This document shows, one piece after another, positions 50,070 to 59,743 of a stretch of 64,000 nt of DNA (its first letter is position 1; every line of letters begins with the position of its first letter). The notes beneath the pieces were generated by a model. That model saw only the letters and a list, made by a program, of their open reading frames with translations, was not told the DNA's origin and searched no databases. The stretch lies in assembly GCA_965228855.1 (NCBI GenBank), contig CBDDIJ010000003.1:1408001-1472000 (forward strand), written 5' to 3'. Made by a program: the position numbers and the translations under genes. The stretch is from Candidatus Obscuribacterales bacterium. Its GTDB lineage: Bacteria; Cyanobacteriota; Vampirovibrionia; Obscuribacterales; Obscuribacteraceae.

Positions 50070-51182
50070 ATGTACTCTCCTGCACAGTCACCACAAGCTG
50101 ATGAAACTGGGCAGTCGTCGCCATTGTCGATGCTTATGTCCGATCCGATTCTGCACGGATTTATCAACTATCTGACCGAGAAGAAGATAGAACAAGAACG
50201 GCATCCGGACAAGAATTTCACCATTGAGGTTTCGCGCGATGATCTGGCTTCGATGCGCGAATCCTTCAAGAAAACAATTTTGGATGGCGAGTGGCATCTT
50301 CACTCTCTCGGTCATTTGCTCGCGACAATATTGCTGGATGGAACATTCGAGTTGCATTCCAACGTTATCGGAGCCTTGCCGGGAGACGATTCCCGCCCAT
50401 TTTTGATACGCGAGCGTATCACGCGCGAGACGTTGTTCTCAGTCACAGACGTTGATCTGGGTAACCATCTGGTGCATAACTTTCGCTATCAACAAAAAGG
50501 TGAATGGTTGCCGCTTACATTGAGCGCGAATTTTGTTGAGTATGTTCCGCTTTCTCGCCCGCTCAGCGGCGTAAACCGGCTTACAAGCAGGGTTAAGGCG
50601 GAGGAGGAGTTGTGGAACAAAGTGATCGATGAGATCTTTGTTCTCGACGAAATGTTGACGCGCGACAAACACTTGCGTCAATACAGCAAGTTTATCAAAG
50701 ACATTTTTGGAATTAAGATCATTTGCGAAGACGAAGCGACCTGCATGCGTGTGCACGAACAGCTAGAGCGAATGAGCGTTTGCGAGTCTGACATTTCGCG
50801 GATGCAAGAACTTTGCGACATCAATATGCCGATTAAGCGAGTGGGTAAAGAACGCTTGCTCGAGTTTCTCGAAACCAAAGACTACCTGACCTGCGATCAA
50901 TCGAAGATGAAAAAGACCGGCTGGAGAGCGCTTAAAAGCGTTGCTCGCTGGCGCGATCGATTGTTTGAAATTCAAATTCAGCCTCTGGCTAATTATTATT
51001 TGGAACTCGATCATATGTCTGGTCCTTCGCACAAATCGTTTAAAACGCAACGTGACGCGCTACGTGATGAAGTCTCGAAAGTCGTTCCACTGTACGGTTT
51101 TTACCGTGATATCTTGAAGAACCTCTTCATGAATACCGATAAGTCGTTCGAGTATGAGAACGCGAAGGTTGTTCTGACCTAA
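50070..51182 (+). CDS. Divergent RelA/SpoT synthetase-domain (SAS-like) nucleotidyltransferase
   Basis: Ordered motifs SRVKAEEELWNK, KDIFGIKIIC, KDYL, KKTGWRALK, FEIQIQ, SHKSFK match RxKxxxSxxxK, DxxGxRII, KDYI, KxNGYxSLH, EIQIRT, HxxYK. Confidence 0.65.
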   Translation: MYSPAQSPQADETGQSSPLSMLMSDPILHGFINYLTEKKIEQERHPDKNFTIEVSRDDLASMRESFKKTILDGEWHLHSLGHLLATILLDGTFELHSNVIGALPGDDSRPFLIRERITRETLFSVTDVDLGNHLVHNFRYQQKGEWLPLTLSANFVEYVPLSRPLSGVNRLTSRVKAEEELWNKVIDEIFVLDEMLTRDKHLRQYSKFIKDIFGIKIICEDEATCMRVHEQLERMSVCESDISRMQELCDINMPIKRVGKERLLEFLETKDYLTCDQSKMKKTGWRALKSVARWRDRLFEIQIQPLANYYLELDHMSGPSHKSFKTQRDALRDEVSKVVPLYGFYRDILKNLFMNTDKSFEYENAKVVLT

Positions 51183-51205
51183 CTCTCAATCAGAGAGCTC
51201 GCGGT

Positions 51206-52177
51206 TTAGTTGAACGGATTATCGCCTTTTGTTTTCGTATGTTCTTCCGCGTCGACAGCGGGTTTTGACTTGACTTTAGACGCTCGAACGGTTTGATCCG
51301 ACTTTGTCGCGGAGCCCGCTTTGACGGTATCTTCTTTCGACGAAGCTGCGCCATTAGACGCTTCGTAATTGCGAATGTACAGATTAGTACCTTCTGGTTT
51401 TAGCTTCGGTCCCGGCTTTGAGATCTTTTGTTCCATGAGCAGGTTTTCCAGATTCGTCGCGCTCCTCTGCAATTCGTCACCGCGCGTATCCATGTTTTTC
51501 TTTCTCGCGGCCAGCTCGCTATCAAATTGATTTTTCAAATCGTCAAGCATTTTCTTCGATTCATTCGACATCGGAACTTGCGTGGCGCGCCCTTTTCGAC
51601 TGTATCTAACGCTATTGCGTTCAGCTTCCTGCTTTGCACGCTGCAATCGTTCCTCGTTGCGCTTTTGCACTTCACGTGATGTAATTTCGTTCATTCTCGC
51701 TTCGTTATCTTTAGCGAAGAAGGTTTGCTTCCTCAAGCTCTTAATTGCTTGATCCAAAGCTGGATTGGTTTTTGGCGCCGTTTTCGTCTTTGCGGAAGCC
51801 CCTGCCGGATCGTCAGCAGCTGAACCACTGGCATCACTATCGATACCAAACACTTTGAGCGCTTCCTTTGAATATTGTCCGACCTCGGCATCAGGTGCGA
51901 TGGCATAGGCGATTCGAAACTCTCTGATAGCTGATTCCGGCTGGTTTAGCTTGATAAAGCAATTGCCGAGATAATAGTGTACGACAGCATTATTGAACTC
52001 GGTATTCAGTGCGCTGGAAAAACTGATTACTGCGGACTTGTAGTCTGCTTTGTTGTATGCAGAAATACCCTCGCGCACCTCAGGGGCAAGTGTTGCTGCC
52101 TTAGCCGCATGGAAAGGGACTGCCGACAATATTGCCGCAATCGCTCCAATGCTAAAAAGTCTACTTAAGCTGCTCAC
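51206..52177 (-). CDS. Secreted TPR + coiled-coil protein
   Basis: Signal peptide ending AKA; HYYLGNCFIKLNQPESAIREFRIAY TPR; helical middle; 67 bp downstream of the second TadG-like gene. Confidence 0.7.
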   Translation of the reverse strand: MSSLSRLFSIGAIAAILSAVPFHAAKAATLAPEVREGISAYNKADYKSAVISFSSALNTEFNNAVVHYYLGNCFIKLNQPESAIREFRIAYAIAPDAEVGQYSKEALKVFGIDSDASGSAADDPAGASAKTKTAPKTNPALDQAIKSLRKQTFFAKDNEARMNEITSREVQKRNEERLQRAKQEAERNSVRYSRKGRATQVPMSNESKKMLDDLKNQFDSELAARKKNMDTRGDELQRSATNLENLLMEQKISKPGPKLKPEGTNLYIRNYEASNGAASSKEDTVKAGSATKSDQTVRASKVKSKPAVDAEEHTKTKGDNPFN

Positions 52178-52244
52178 TGTGATACCAGTTTTATAGTTCT
52201 AATGAGGAACGACGATCGTTTGCTTGTCTCGTTGTGTCTACTCT

Positions 52245-53780
52245 CTAAGGTCCTTCGGTACCTGGTTTGTATTTTACAGTAGTGAGACGATTGACGTAGA
52301 GCGTGCCGAGGCACTGGGTTGCGCCTGTTCCCGGGCGCCAGTTCCAGGTGCCTGTGATTTCCAGCCACTTTGGACAATCTGGGCTGCCACCAACTATGTA
52401 GACGAAGGTATTTTCATCGTCGCGATAGACCGCCTCTTTTACGACCTCTTTAAACGCTCCTTCAGCTGTAGCCTGGTTAGCCAACCAGCCTGGCAATTCA
52501 TCTGCCGCGGAGCCCATATCGAGTACGGGGTCGGTTCTGTCCGGAGAGCTATAGCGAGGGAAAAGGTAGTAGCTGTTCACGTTAGGGTCCGGTCTCTGTT
52601 TGTTCAAAAGATTTTGCAATTGTCCCATTGAAAAACTTGGGTCGATCTCCTGACCTCGCTGAACGAGTCGTTGAAGCGCCGCCTCCTTGTCTCCGGGAAT
52701 AGCTGTGAGCACGGACATCAAAGTTGGCTTGCGTAACTCGGTTCCAAGATTTGCCCAACCGGTCAAACTTCGTTGACCGCCCTTGAGTTTGTAGTCTTTA
52801 ATTCCAGTGACCTTACCCGAATTGGCAGTGTACGGAATGGTCTTTATCAGCTTATCGTCGATTGTCCACTTTGAGATCGCGGAGAAGGTTATGCGAATGA
52901 ATGCGTGTGGAATCGTCATTTGATACTGTTGCATCGGGTTCACGACTGCGCTTGCAGCAGCTGCCAGTGTCGTGCCGGAACCAAATGCGGTGCCTGTACC
53001 CTGAAATGCGTTTGGTATCGGTGTCGCGAAGTCGCCCAAAGGATGGCTGTCCGAGCGGTTCTGGCTGAAATTACTGTCTGCGATCAAATGTGGTGTTTCG
53101 CCGATTCGAAAAGGTGTGAAACAGAATTTGCGGTTGTTGGCGGTAAATGTTTGATATCCGGGAAGGTAATTCTTCTCGCCAAAACAAAGTTTTGGAGGGT
53201 TCGCACCGCGGGGAAGACCTCCAGGATTGAAACTTAGATTGCTCTCTGCTCCTCTGTCTACCAGGGCGTTCGGGTACATGGCTTCTGCGCTTGTCTTAAT
53301 TCCCTGAGCTCCAAGAAGCGGTGCACCACGCTTATCGCCGAGATGCTTGAATAACACATCGAGCGTATGTTTGTTTGTGATGCTGGCGCGCAACTCATCG
53401 TTAACTGCCTGAGCATCATCATATGCACTGGCTGCGGCACCTACAGCTTCACCGGTTGATATGCCCTCCATCGTCATTTCGTCGACGTTGGCGCTTATTA
53501 AATACGCTTTGCCCCAGACCCGATTGATGTTCGAAACTCCTACCAGACCGCTTGTGTCGGCGCAATCAACATAAGAACTAGGGGGGACCTTCACGTCGCA
53601 TATGCGCTTGGAAAGGTTCAGAACCGCGGCGTCTACACCGTTGCGCACCTCGCGAGAACCACCAGTAAGAAGCGCGTACTGAAATCCCAGATAAATCAAT
53701 CCAGCCAGAAGGAAGGCTGCGCCTGCGATTAAGAAGATTGACGCGCCTTTTCTGTTTCTTCGATTGTGTCGTCTTCGCAT
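52245..53780 (-). CDS. TadG-like pilus tip/minor pilin protein (paralog of 4609..6216)
   Basis: RRNRKG|ASIFL leader, EVRNGVDAAVL, NINRVWGKA, RGAESN, IPHAFIRI, WRPGTG. ATG 53780 lies 4 bp after the upstream stop. Confidence 0.7.
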   Translation of the reverse strand: MRRRHNRRNRKGASIFLIAGAAFLLAGLIYLGFQYALLTGGSREVRNGVDAAVLNLSKRICDVKVPPSSYVDCADTSGLVGVSNINRVWGKAYLISANVDEMTMEGISTGEAVGAAASAYDDAQAVNDELRASITNKHTLDVLFKHLGDKRGAPLLGAQGIKTSAEAMYPNALVDRGAESNLSFNPGGLPRGANPPKLCFGEKNYLPGYQTFTANNRKFCFTPFRIGETPHLIADSNFSQNRSDSHPLGDFATPIPNAFQGTGTAFGSGTTLAAAASAVVNPMQQYQMTIPHAFIRITFSAISKWTIDDKLIKTIPYTANSGKVTGIKDYKLKGGQRSLTGWANLGTELRKPTLMSVLTAIPGDKEAALQRLVQRGQEIDPSFSMGQLQNLLNKQRPDPNVNSYYLFPRYSSPDRTDPVLDMGSAADELPGWLANQATAEGAFKEVVKEAVYRDDENTFVYIVGGSPDCPKWLEITGTWNWRPGTGATQCLGTLYVNRLTTVKYKPGTEGP

Positions 53781-53784
53781 CTGC

Positions 53785-54210
53785 TTACCGTGAGGCTGGG
53801 GTGGAAACAATGGGCTGTATTGACGTCGCCGTGCACGTAACAACCGAGAATCCGGGAATCGGCACAGGCAGTTTTACATCCATGGCGGTGGAAACCGTCA
53901 CATGTCCAGTGCCGAGGTTGAAATCCAGGTTGGTCATCTGAATATTCTGAACAATGGAATTGTGCTCGCAGTCGGATAGAGCGTCAGATGCAGCTTTGGT
54001 AGCGCTGGATTTGTCGATTCGCAACGCGGCAGCTCGTGCCGCGGTCTCCGCCCATTGCTCGTTGTTCTGGCTGGTTGAGATCAAGCAGACAACATTTACT
54101 GCGGCAAGACCGATTGGTATCAATACCATGAAACCGACCAGCGCCTCGATGAGACTCTGGCCGCGACTTCGGCGTCTTCGCTTTTTAGATCGGTCTTTCA
54201 CTGAAGTCAC
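53785..54210 (-). CDS. TadE-like prepilin, short
   Basis: RRRSRG|QSLIE leader, hydrophobic helix, AARAAA; overlaps the upstream gene by 4 bp. Confidence 0.8.
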   Translation of the reverse strand: MTSVKDRSKKRRRRSRGQSLIEALVGFMVLIPIGLAAVNVVCLISTSQNNEQWAETAARAAALRIDKSSATKAASDALSDCEHNSIVQNIQMTNLDFNLGTGHVTVSTAMDVKLPVPIPGFSVVTCTATSIQPIVSTPASR

Positions 54211-54776
54211 CGCAGGTAGTTCAATGGGGTTTCCATTACGCGCTTGTTCGAAATCTTCGTGATAAGCGGCGCTCCGATGCCTGGAACGCCGAAGAAGAAT
54301 GGAATTTTGAGAAATGGATTAATTTCGCAGGTCGTAGAAACCGTTACGTAGCAGGTTCCATGCTTTGCCGAATAGCTCACAACCGTTTCCGGCAACTGAG
54401 AAGTTCCTGAAAAACCGCCTATGATGGAGCTCGCCCATCGCTGAGGGATGGTCAATTTCACCGGACCGTTTGCGGCGTCGGCCTGGGAGCGCGGAAGTTT
54501 AGAGGCCTCGCGCAATTGAAGATCGTTGAGAGCGACGCACGAACAGTAGTTATAGCCGGCAACGATCATGTCCAGCACAGGAAAGATCGCGAAGAAGAAC
54601 AGGAGAAACAATGCAGGAGCAAATTCACTGATCGCGGCCCCTAGATTTCCGCGTTTTCTTGTCTTCCGAAGGTTCAGGCGTCCTGCCCATGCGCCAAAAC
54701 TCCCACGCCTGGAGCTCAGACGCCTTGTTGCTTTTAAACCGTTTCCGCAGCGGACGATCATTTTTCTGGCTCTCAC
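54207..54776 (-). CDS. TadE-like prepilin, long
   Basis: Long basic leader, LG|AAISEFAPALFLLFFF, LREAS. Paralog of 7610..8158. Confidence 0.75.
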   Translation of the reverse strand: MRARKMIVRCGNGLKATRRLSSRRGSFGAWAGRLNLRKTRKRGNLGAAISEFAPALFLLFFFAIFPVLDMIVAGYNYCSCVALNDLQLREASKLPRSQADAANGPVKLTIPQRWASSIIGGFSGTSQLPETVVSYSAKHGTCYVTVSTTCEINPFLKIPFFFGVPGIGAPLITKISNKRVMETPLNYLR

Positions 54777-54979
54777 TTCCAGTAGATCTAATATACCAAT
54801 TTACATGAGATTCTACCCTTTGTGAGAACGCCAGCCTGTGGGGGTTTTAGGCTGTGATGTAATGGATTTCTAAACGGAAGGGCGCTTTCGCGCCCCTCAA
54901 CGTATAGTGTTCCCTCGACGACGCAGAACTTGCGAGCATCTGTTTTGTGGGTCCGGCATAGCGGCCTGTTCCTTTTCCG

Positions 54980-55195
54980 TTAATCGCCTGCCATGATATC
55001 CGCACGCGTGAGCATCTCGTCGCGCTCCGGATCGTCTTCCATGTGCAATACGATAATGCTGCTGCGCTCACGCGATAGGCAGTTAGGGCAGCAATAAAGG
55101 TCAACGGTCAGAGAAAAGACTTCATCACAGCTCTCACACTGATAAATGACTGGTCGTCTAGTCGACTTGCGATAATATGATAGTTCAGCGACCAT
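54980..55195 (-). CDS. Small zinc-ribbon protein
   Basis: CESC-x12-CPNC; strong GGAGG RBS 9 nt upstream. Confidence 0.65.
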   Translation of the reverse strand: MVAELSYYRKSTRRPVIYQCESCDEVFSLTVDLYCCPNCLSRERSSIIVLHMEDDPERDEMLTRADIMAGD

Positions 55196-55436
55196 GGGAT
55201 GTTTCCTCCATCGTTGAATAAGATCAACTGTTCGTACATTGCGATAAACAGTTTCAGTGGTTCGGTCAAACAGTTACGTTGTGCCAAGGACCTCCTAGCA
55301 TGCTGTCAAGCAGGTGATGCCAATGCATATGTTTCATGAATGAAACTTTGCGCAATTTTGAGCCTCCTGGTGCAATTTTTTCCGACTTTGCTATGATTTC
55401 GGAACGTCTACTTCGCTCCCAGCGGTTGGGATTGGA

Positions 55437-56702
55437 TTGATGATTTCGAGATTCGTACTCTGTTTTTTCTCAGTTATCCTTTGGCTCTCGACACAAATCT
55501 ATGTCGCTCCTGAGGCTGCTTTCGCTGGAAATCGCCTGAAGCGTGTATATGAGGGTGAGAGTAACATTTCCCTGCCAGTCTACTTCGCGACAGATCGCGC
55601 ACAAGTAGTGACCTCGAGGAAAGATCTCGATTACGGAAAGCAGATAATTTTTCCGCTCGACGCCATGTCGTATGGATTTAAGCGGATGGACTCTACATGT
55701 ACTTTGCCGGACAATATGGAAAGTCTCGCGAAATGTGGGTGGCTGGTTTATCCCAAGGATCTTGGTAAGTCGAAGGAAAAACGGGCCGCATTTATCCTCG
55801 AGAGCAACGCTGAAGTCTCTCACGTGCTGTCGAGCTTCGACGAGATGGTCGCGAAGATTAAAAGCAATCTGGATGTTTTGCCTAAACGAGAGATCGTTAT
55901 ATACGTGCACGGATGTTGTCTGAGTTACACCGAATCGATGCAGCAAGCGGCGGACCTGGCGAGTAGCGTTCAAGCTCCTGTCATCGCTTACTCATGGGGG
56001 TGCTCGCTCGGTTACGCCGGCTCTACCATGGCATTCCCTCGGACCCAGGAGCGGTTCAACAAGTTTTTGATTGGAATGCTGAAATCATTTCCGGATGCGA
56101 AAATCTCGGTGGTTAGCAGCAGTATCGGAACTCAGCTTGTTCACAACTTCTGCTTGCAGCGCCGACCGGAAGATTATGGCAATCGAAAAGGTATCGACGA
56201 ACTTATTTTTTCGAGAGCGGACCTTGATGATGTCGCGTTCAGAAGCCAGTTAGAATCAGTAATGCGGCATTCGAAGAAGTTGATTGTTTATGTTTCTAGA
56301 AACGATTTTCAGATCAACGTGTCTGGTACTTTGCGCTGGTTCTTCTTCCCATCACAACATGGAGAACGTGCAGGTCACGTACGTTCCGGCTTGCAGATGG
56401 AGCAGGCGTTGACCGTGTTGGATGTATCGCCGCTGAAGATGGGGCACGTAATTCCTTACGAGTCTGTCGCGGATATCCTCGCCAACAATGGCGATGTGCC
56501 GACCGACTCGCGCCTGTACAAGTATCAGCACATGGAAGACAATTTGTACCGGGTGGTGCCTCAGCAGTCAATTTTTGCACATGCGACGAAAAAACAGCTT
56601 CGCGTCAAAGGTCGCGCCTGCGATGGCTGCTCCAGCCATACTCATAATTGGAATACGTTAGGAACGTCGGTGCTGATGGGCTCCGATGGGGATAGCGACT
56701 AA
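55437..56702 (+). CDS. Secreted alpha/beta hydrolase (DUF900 family)
   Basis: VYFATDR, IYVHG, YSW, nucleophile elbow SSSIG, ADLD, YVSRND, GH. Confidence 0.78.
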   Translation: MMISRFVLCFFSVILWLSTQIYVAPEAAFAGNRLKRVYEGESNISLPVYFATDRAQVVTSRKDLDYGKQIIFPLDAMSYGFKRMDSTCTLPDNMESLAKCGWLVYPKDLGKSKEKRAAFILESNAEVSHVLSSFDEMVAKIKSNLDVLPKREIVIYVHGCCLSYTESMQQAADLASSVQAPVIAYSWGCSLGYAGSTMAFPRTQERFNKFLIGMLKSFPDAKISVVSSSIGTQLVHNFCLQRRPEDYGNRKGIDELIFSRADLDDVAFRSQLESVMRHSKKLIVYVSRNDFQINVSGTLRWFFFPSQHGERAGHVRSGLQMEQALTVLDVSPLKMGHVIPYESVADILANNGDVPTDSRLYKYQHMEDNLYRVVPQQSIFAHATKKQLRVKGRACDGCSSHTHNWNTLGTSVLMGSDGDSD

Positions 56703-56715
56703 CTAGCTCTTTGAC

Positions 56716-57624
56716 TTACTTCTGGAAAACAAACACGTCCTGGAAGAACATTCCCGGAATTTCTTTCCAGTTGCCTTGATAATACGCGATTCGTTTTAAA
56801 CCGGCTTGTTGTTCCATTTTTGCCCAGCCACCGGGGGTGATACCAATTGCATGCTCGGGAACTTCACCCGGGCAGAAATAATATTTGGAACCATAAGCGG
56901 CATTTTTGAATATCCAGTAGTTTTGATCGGTCATGTGGAAGCGTCCCTTTTCGCCTGGGCTACGCTTCGAAAGGCTCTGTTCGTACAGCTCATCAAGATA
57001 GAACGTGGTGACGATTGCTTTGCCGCCTGGTTTGAGGACGCGTCCGATCTCATTGAAGTAATAGAAACCGGTTTCTTCATTCATGTGTGTCCAGACAGAA
57101 AGGGCAGTTACGAGGTCGTAGGTGTTATCCGGTTGCTCCCACGGTTTAAACTTCTTCGCCTGGTCAGGCGCATACATCGTGTTTGCGACATCGAGATGCT
57201 GGAATGTGAAACGGTCCGAAGGATAGTGCGCGCGGCAATATTCGACGTCCTCCGTCATGACGTCGATGCCGACATACTGTCCATTGGGCTGAATGTATGG
57301 CTCTGATGCAATAGCTAACAAGCCAGTTCCACAACCCACGTCCAAAATCTTGTTGTCTTGTTTTTTGTCCAAGTGCATGAAGATTGTTGCCTGGAAGATG
57401 CCGATTACATGAGCCCATTCAGCATATGAATATTTCCCACCGCGGCGATTGTCTTCATTAGGAATCAAGCGAATGTTTCTTGTCCGAAGTATCTGATCGC
57501 GGTCCATCGGTAGAAATTGACTGTCTAGTGACGCGTACTTCTTCTGAACCTCTTCCGGCGATGCGTTTTCCGGAGCGATTTCATCGGCGTTGGATTTCGA
57601 AAGGAATTTGTTCAGGAGCTTCAT
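56716..57624 (-). CDS. Class I SAM-dependent methyltransferase
   Basis: ILDVGCGTG, GIDV, YDLVTALSVWTH, RVLKPGG. Confidence 0.9.
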   Translation of the reverse strand: MKLLNKFLSKSNADEIAPENASPEEVQKKYASLDSQFLPMDRDQILRTRNIRLIPNEDNRRGGKYSYAEWAHVIGIFQATIFMHLDKKQDNKILDVGCGTGLLAIASEPYIQPNGQYVGIDVMTEDVEYCRAHYPSDRFTFQHLDVANTMYAPDQAKKFKPWEQPDNTYDLVTALSVWTHMNEETGFYYFNEIGRVLKPGGKAIVTTFYLDELYEQSLSKRSPGEKGRFHMTDQNYWIFKNAAYGSKYYFCPGEVPEHAIGITPGGWAKMEQQAGLKRIAYYQGNWKEIPGMFFQDVFVFQK

Positions 57625-57757
57625 GTTTTAGTCGTCTCGCTTGAAATTGGGACTGGTTGCAGAGCTGGGTGTTTTCGCAAGATCTGGCAGCTTGGCAAAA
57701 CTGCCCGCGAACCCAACAAAGGGCGTATTCTAGCCTAAAGCCAAGAGGCACAGGCTA

Positions 57758-59743
57758 ATGCGCGTTAATGAACGCCGCCCAGCGCCTCAAATTGTAACTT
57801 TCGGGCGGTCAGGCTATGATCTCCCCTTGGCAGGGGCGGGGTATCGTTCAGGTTCGTTTGCAATGCAATTCACTCACCAGCGTGCAGGCAAGGACTTCCC
57901 AGAAATTGGGCATCCGTCCGTTTGGCTGCGCGATTGCAAGCTGCTTTTCGTCGGCGCCTATCGCGACGCGAAGGTACGCGAAGCAAAATTTTTCGGCAGC
58001 TGGGGCGAGGGTGAGTTGCTCTACCTGGGCATCAGCGATGTTTCCGACCGTTTGAAAACCGACGAACGCATTCGGAAACTCAAACCGGGTGTTTATATCG
58101 AAATTCCTGAACAGCCTCGCTTTGCACTTAAGGGGACTCCCACCAGGGGCGAACCTCTTGGTGCGACCAGTCCGGGTTCTACAATCCAACCCTTGAAAGG
58201 TTTCCTTCGGTCTATTCAAACGAAAAATGTTCGCGAGAACGACCCCGAAATGTGGCGCTTCCGGGCGAACGTGCTTCGCAAGATAGAAGAGAATAAGGAC
58301 GCTTTTAGTTTTGGCTTGAATCGAATTATTGCAATCAGCGGAGATAAGCCAGCACCGACTGCGATACCATCTGTTGAAAACCTCGGGACTGATGGTGTCA
58401 CTGAGGAGCAGGCGAAACAATTTGAAGAACTTCTGGCTCCCCACTTTGCCCAAATTTCTCGAACGAAGCCAATCGATAAATCTCGCATTGAAGAGATTGT
58501 AGCTAAATACTATGCGACATTGGATTTGGTGGCACCGCAGGTGGTGGTGCTACCAAACCCACTTTCTACTGCCATCGCAGGCGCTTTTGCGACTGCGCTT
58601 TTGTTCGCTGAAAAGAATACTATCGATCCATCACTAGTTAAAATATCAAGTCCCGTAACGCACGGGTTGCTATCTCGGCAGGTTTCAGATGAACTTGTAG
58701 AGCGCACCATGAATGTCGCACAGGACAGTCTGGACGAGGATACTCGCAGGGATCTTTTTTCGATTCTTAGATCCAAATCTTTCGTTAATCGTTTCCGAAA
58801 TGATGCGTTGAGGTTTTTAGATTACCTGGAAACAGTCGAAACTGTGAATCGACACGAAAACCCTTCCGTCCGCCGGAGTGCCGGCGCAACCCAACTTGCC
58901 GAACTGGCGAAGTTTGCCGGCAGCGATATTTATCCTGCTTGGAATATAGATTTTAAACCAATTTGCGATGCTATCAATAAAGTCGTCTACGACCCTATCG
59001 ATCTTTCTTCGCATGAAGTAGTTCAATCGGTAAAAGATGGTTTGGAAGAGATCGCCTTCACCATCTCCGGTGGCAACATCTATTTGAACGATTTGCTCCT
59101 CTGGTCGCTACACTCAAAGTCAAAACTTCTCCTTGATGTTGCAATCAAAGGTGCCGCCCTTTACGTCACGGATGTTCTAGGCTTAGAAAACCCGCTATTC
59201 AAGCAGTTCTCGAATTGGTCTAAATTCGCTCTCGAAGGCGCCGCGTTTGTTTTGCACGAAGAGTTTTGCTTTATCTCAGATTTCCCGGAGAGCATCATCA
59301 CTGATGATTCCGGCAGATTGCACAACTCGGATGGACCGGCAATGACTTGGAGCGATGGCTGGAGCTGTTATTACTGGCGCAACCTGCCGATACCGCGCTG
59401 GATGATCGAAGAGAAGGAACGTATTACAGTCGAAATGATTAATGCGATGGAAAACATCGAGATACGGCGAGTGATGCTCGAAATCTACGGAACAGGAAAG
59501 TACATTATCGACAGTGGAACAAAAGAGGTTCAGCGCGACGAGTACGGAGTTCTTTACTGGCAAGAAATGGCAAACGATGAGCCACTGCGAATGGTGCGCG
59601 TAAGAAACTCGACGGCAGAGCCTGACGGTACGTTTAAAGACTACTGGCTGCGCGTCCCGCCCGAAATCAGAACCGCCAAACAGGGCGTAGCCTGGACCTT
59701 TGACCTGGACGAAGACGAGTACGCCCCAATCATCGAAACCTGA
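57758..59743 (+). CDS. DUF6745-like domain protein with long N-terminal extension
   Basis: C-terminal GRLHNSDGPA..WSDGW, NIEIRRVMLE, VRVRNSTAEPDGTFKDYWLRVPP..TAKQGVAWTF. Start may be ATG 57863. Confidence 0.7.
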   Translation: MRVNERRPAPQIVTFGRSGYDLPLAGAGYRSGSFAMQFTHQRAGKDFPEIGHPSVWLRDCKLLFVGAYRDAKVREAKFFGSWGEGELLYLGISDVSDRLKTDERIRKLKPGVYIEIPEQPRFALKGTPTRGEPLGATSPGSTIQPLKGFLRSIQTKNVRENDPEMWRFRANVLRKIEENKDAFSFGLNRIIAISGDKPAPTAIPSVENLGTDGVTEEQAKQFEELLAPHFAQISRTKPIDKSRIEEIVAKYYATLDLVAPQVVVLPNPLSTAIAGAFATALLFAEKNTIDPSLVKISSPVTHGLLSRQVSDELVERTMNVAQDSLDEDTRRDLFSILRSKSFVNRFRNDALRFLDYLETVETVNRHENPSVRRSAGATQLAELAKFAGSDIYPAWNIDFKPICDAINKVVYDPIDLSSHEVVQSVKDGLEEIAFTISGGNIYLNDLLLWSLHSKSKLLLDVAIKGAALYVTDVLGLENPLFKQFSNWSKFALEGAAFVLHEEFCFISDFPESIITDDSGRLHNSDGPAMTWSDGWSCYYWRNLPIPRWMIEEKERITVEMINAMENIEIRRVMLEIYGTGKYIIDSGTKEVQRDEYGVLYWQEMANDEPLRMVRVRNSTAEPDGTFKDYWLRVPPEIRTAKQGVAWTFDLDEDEYAPIIET

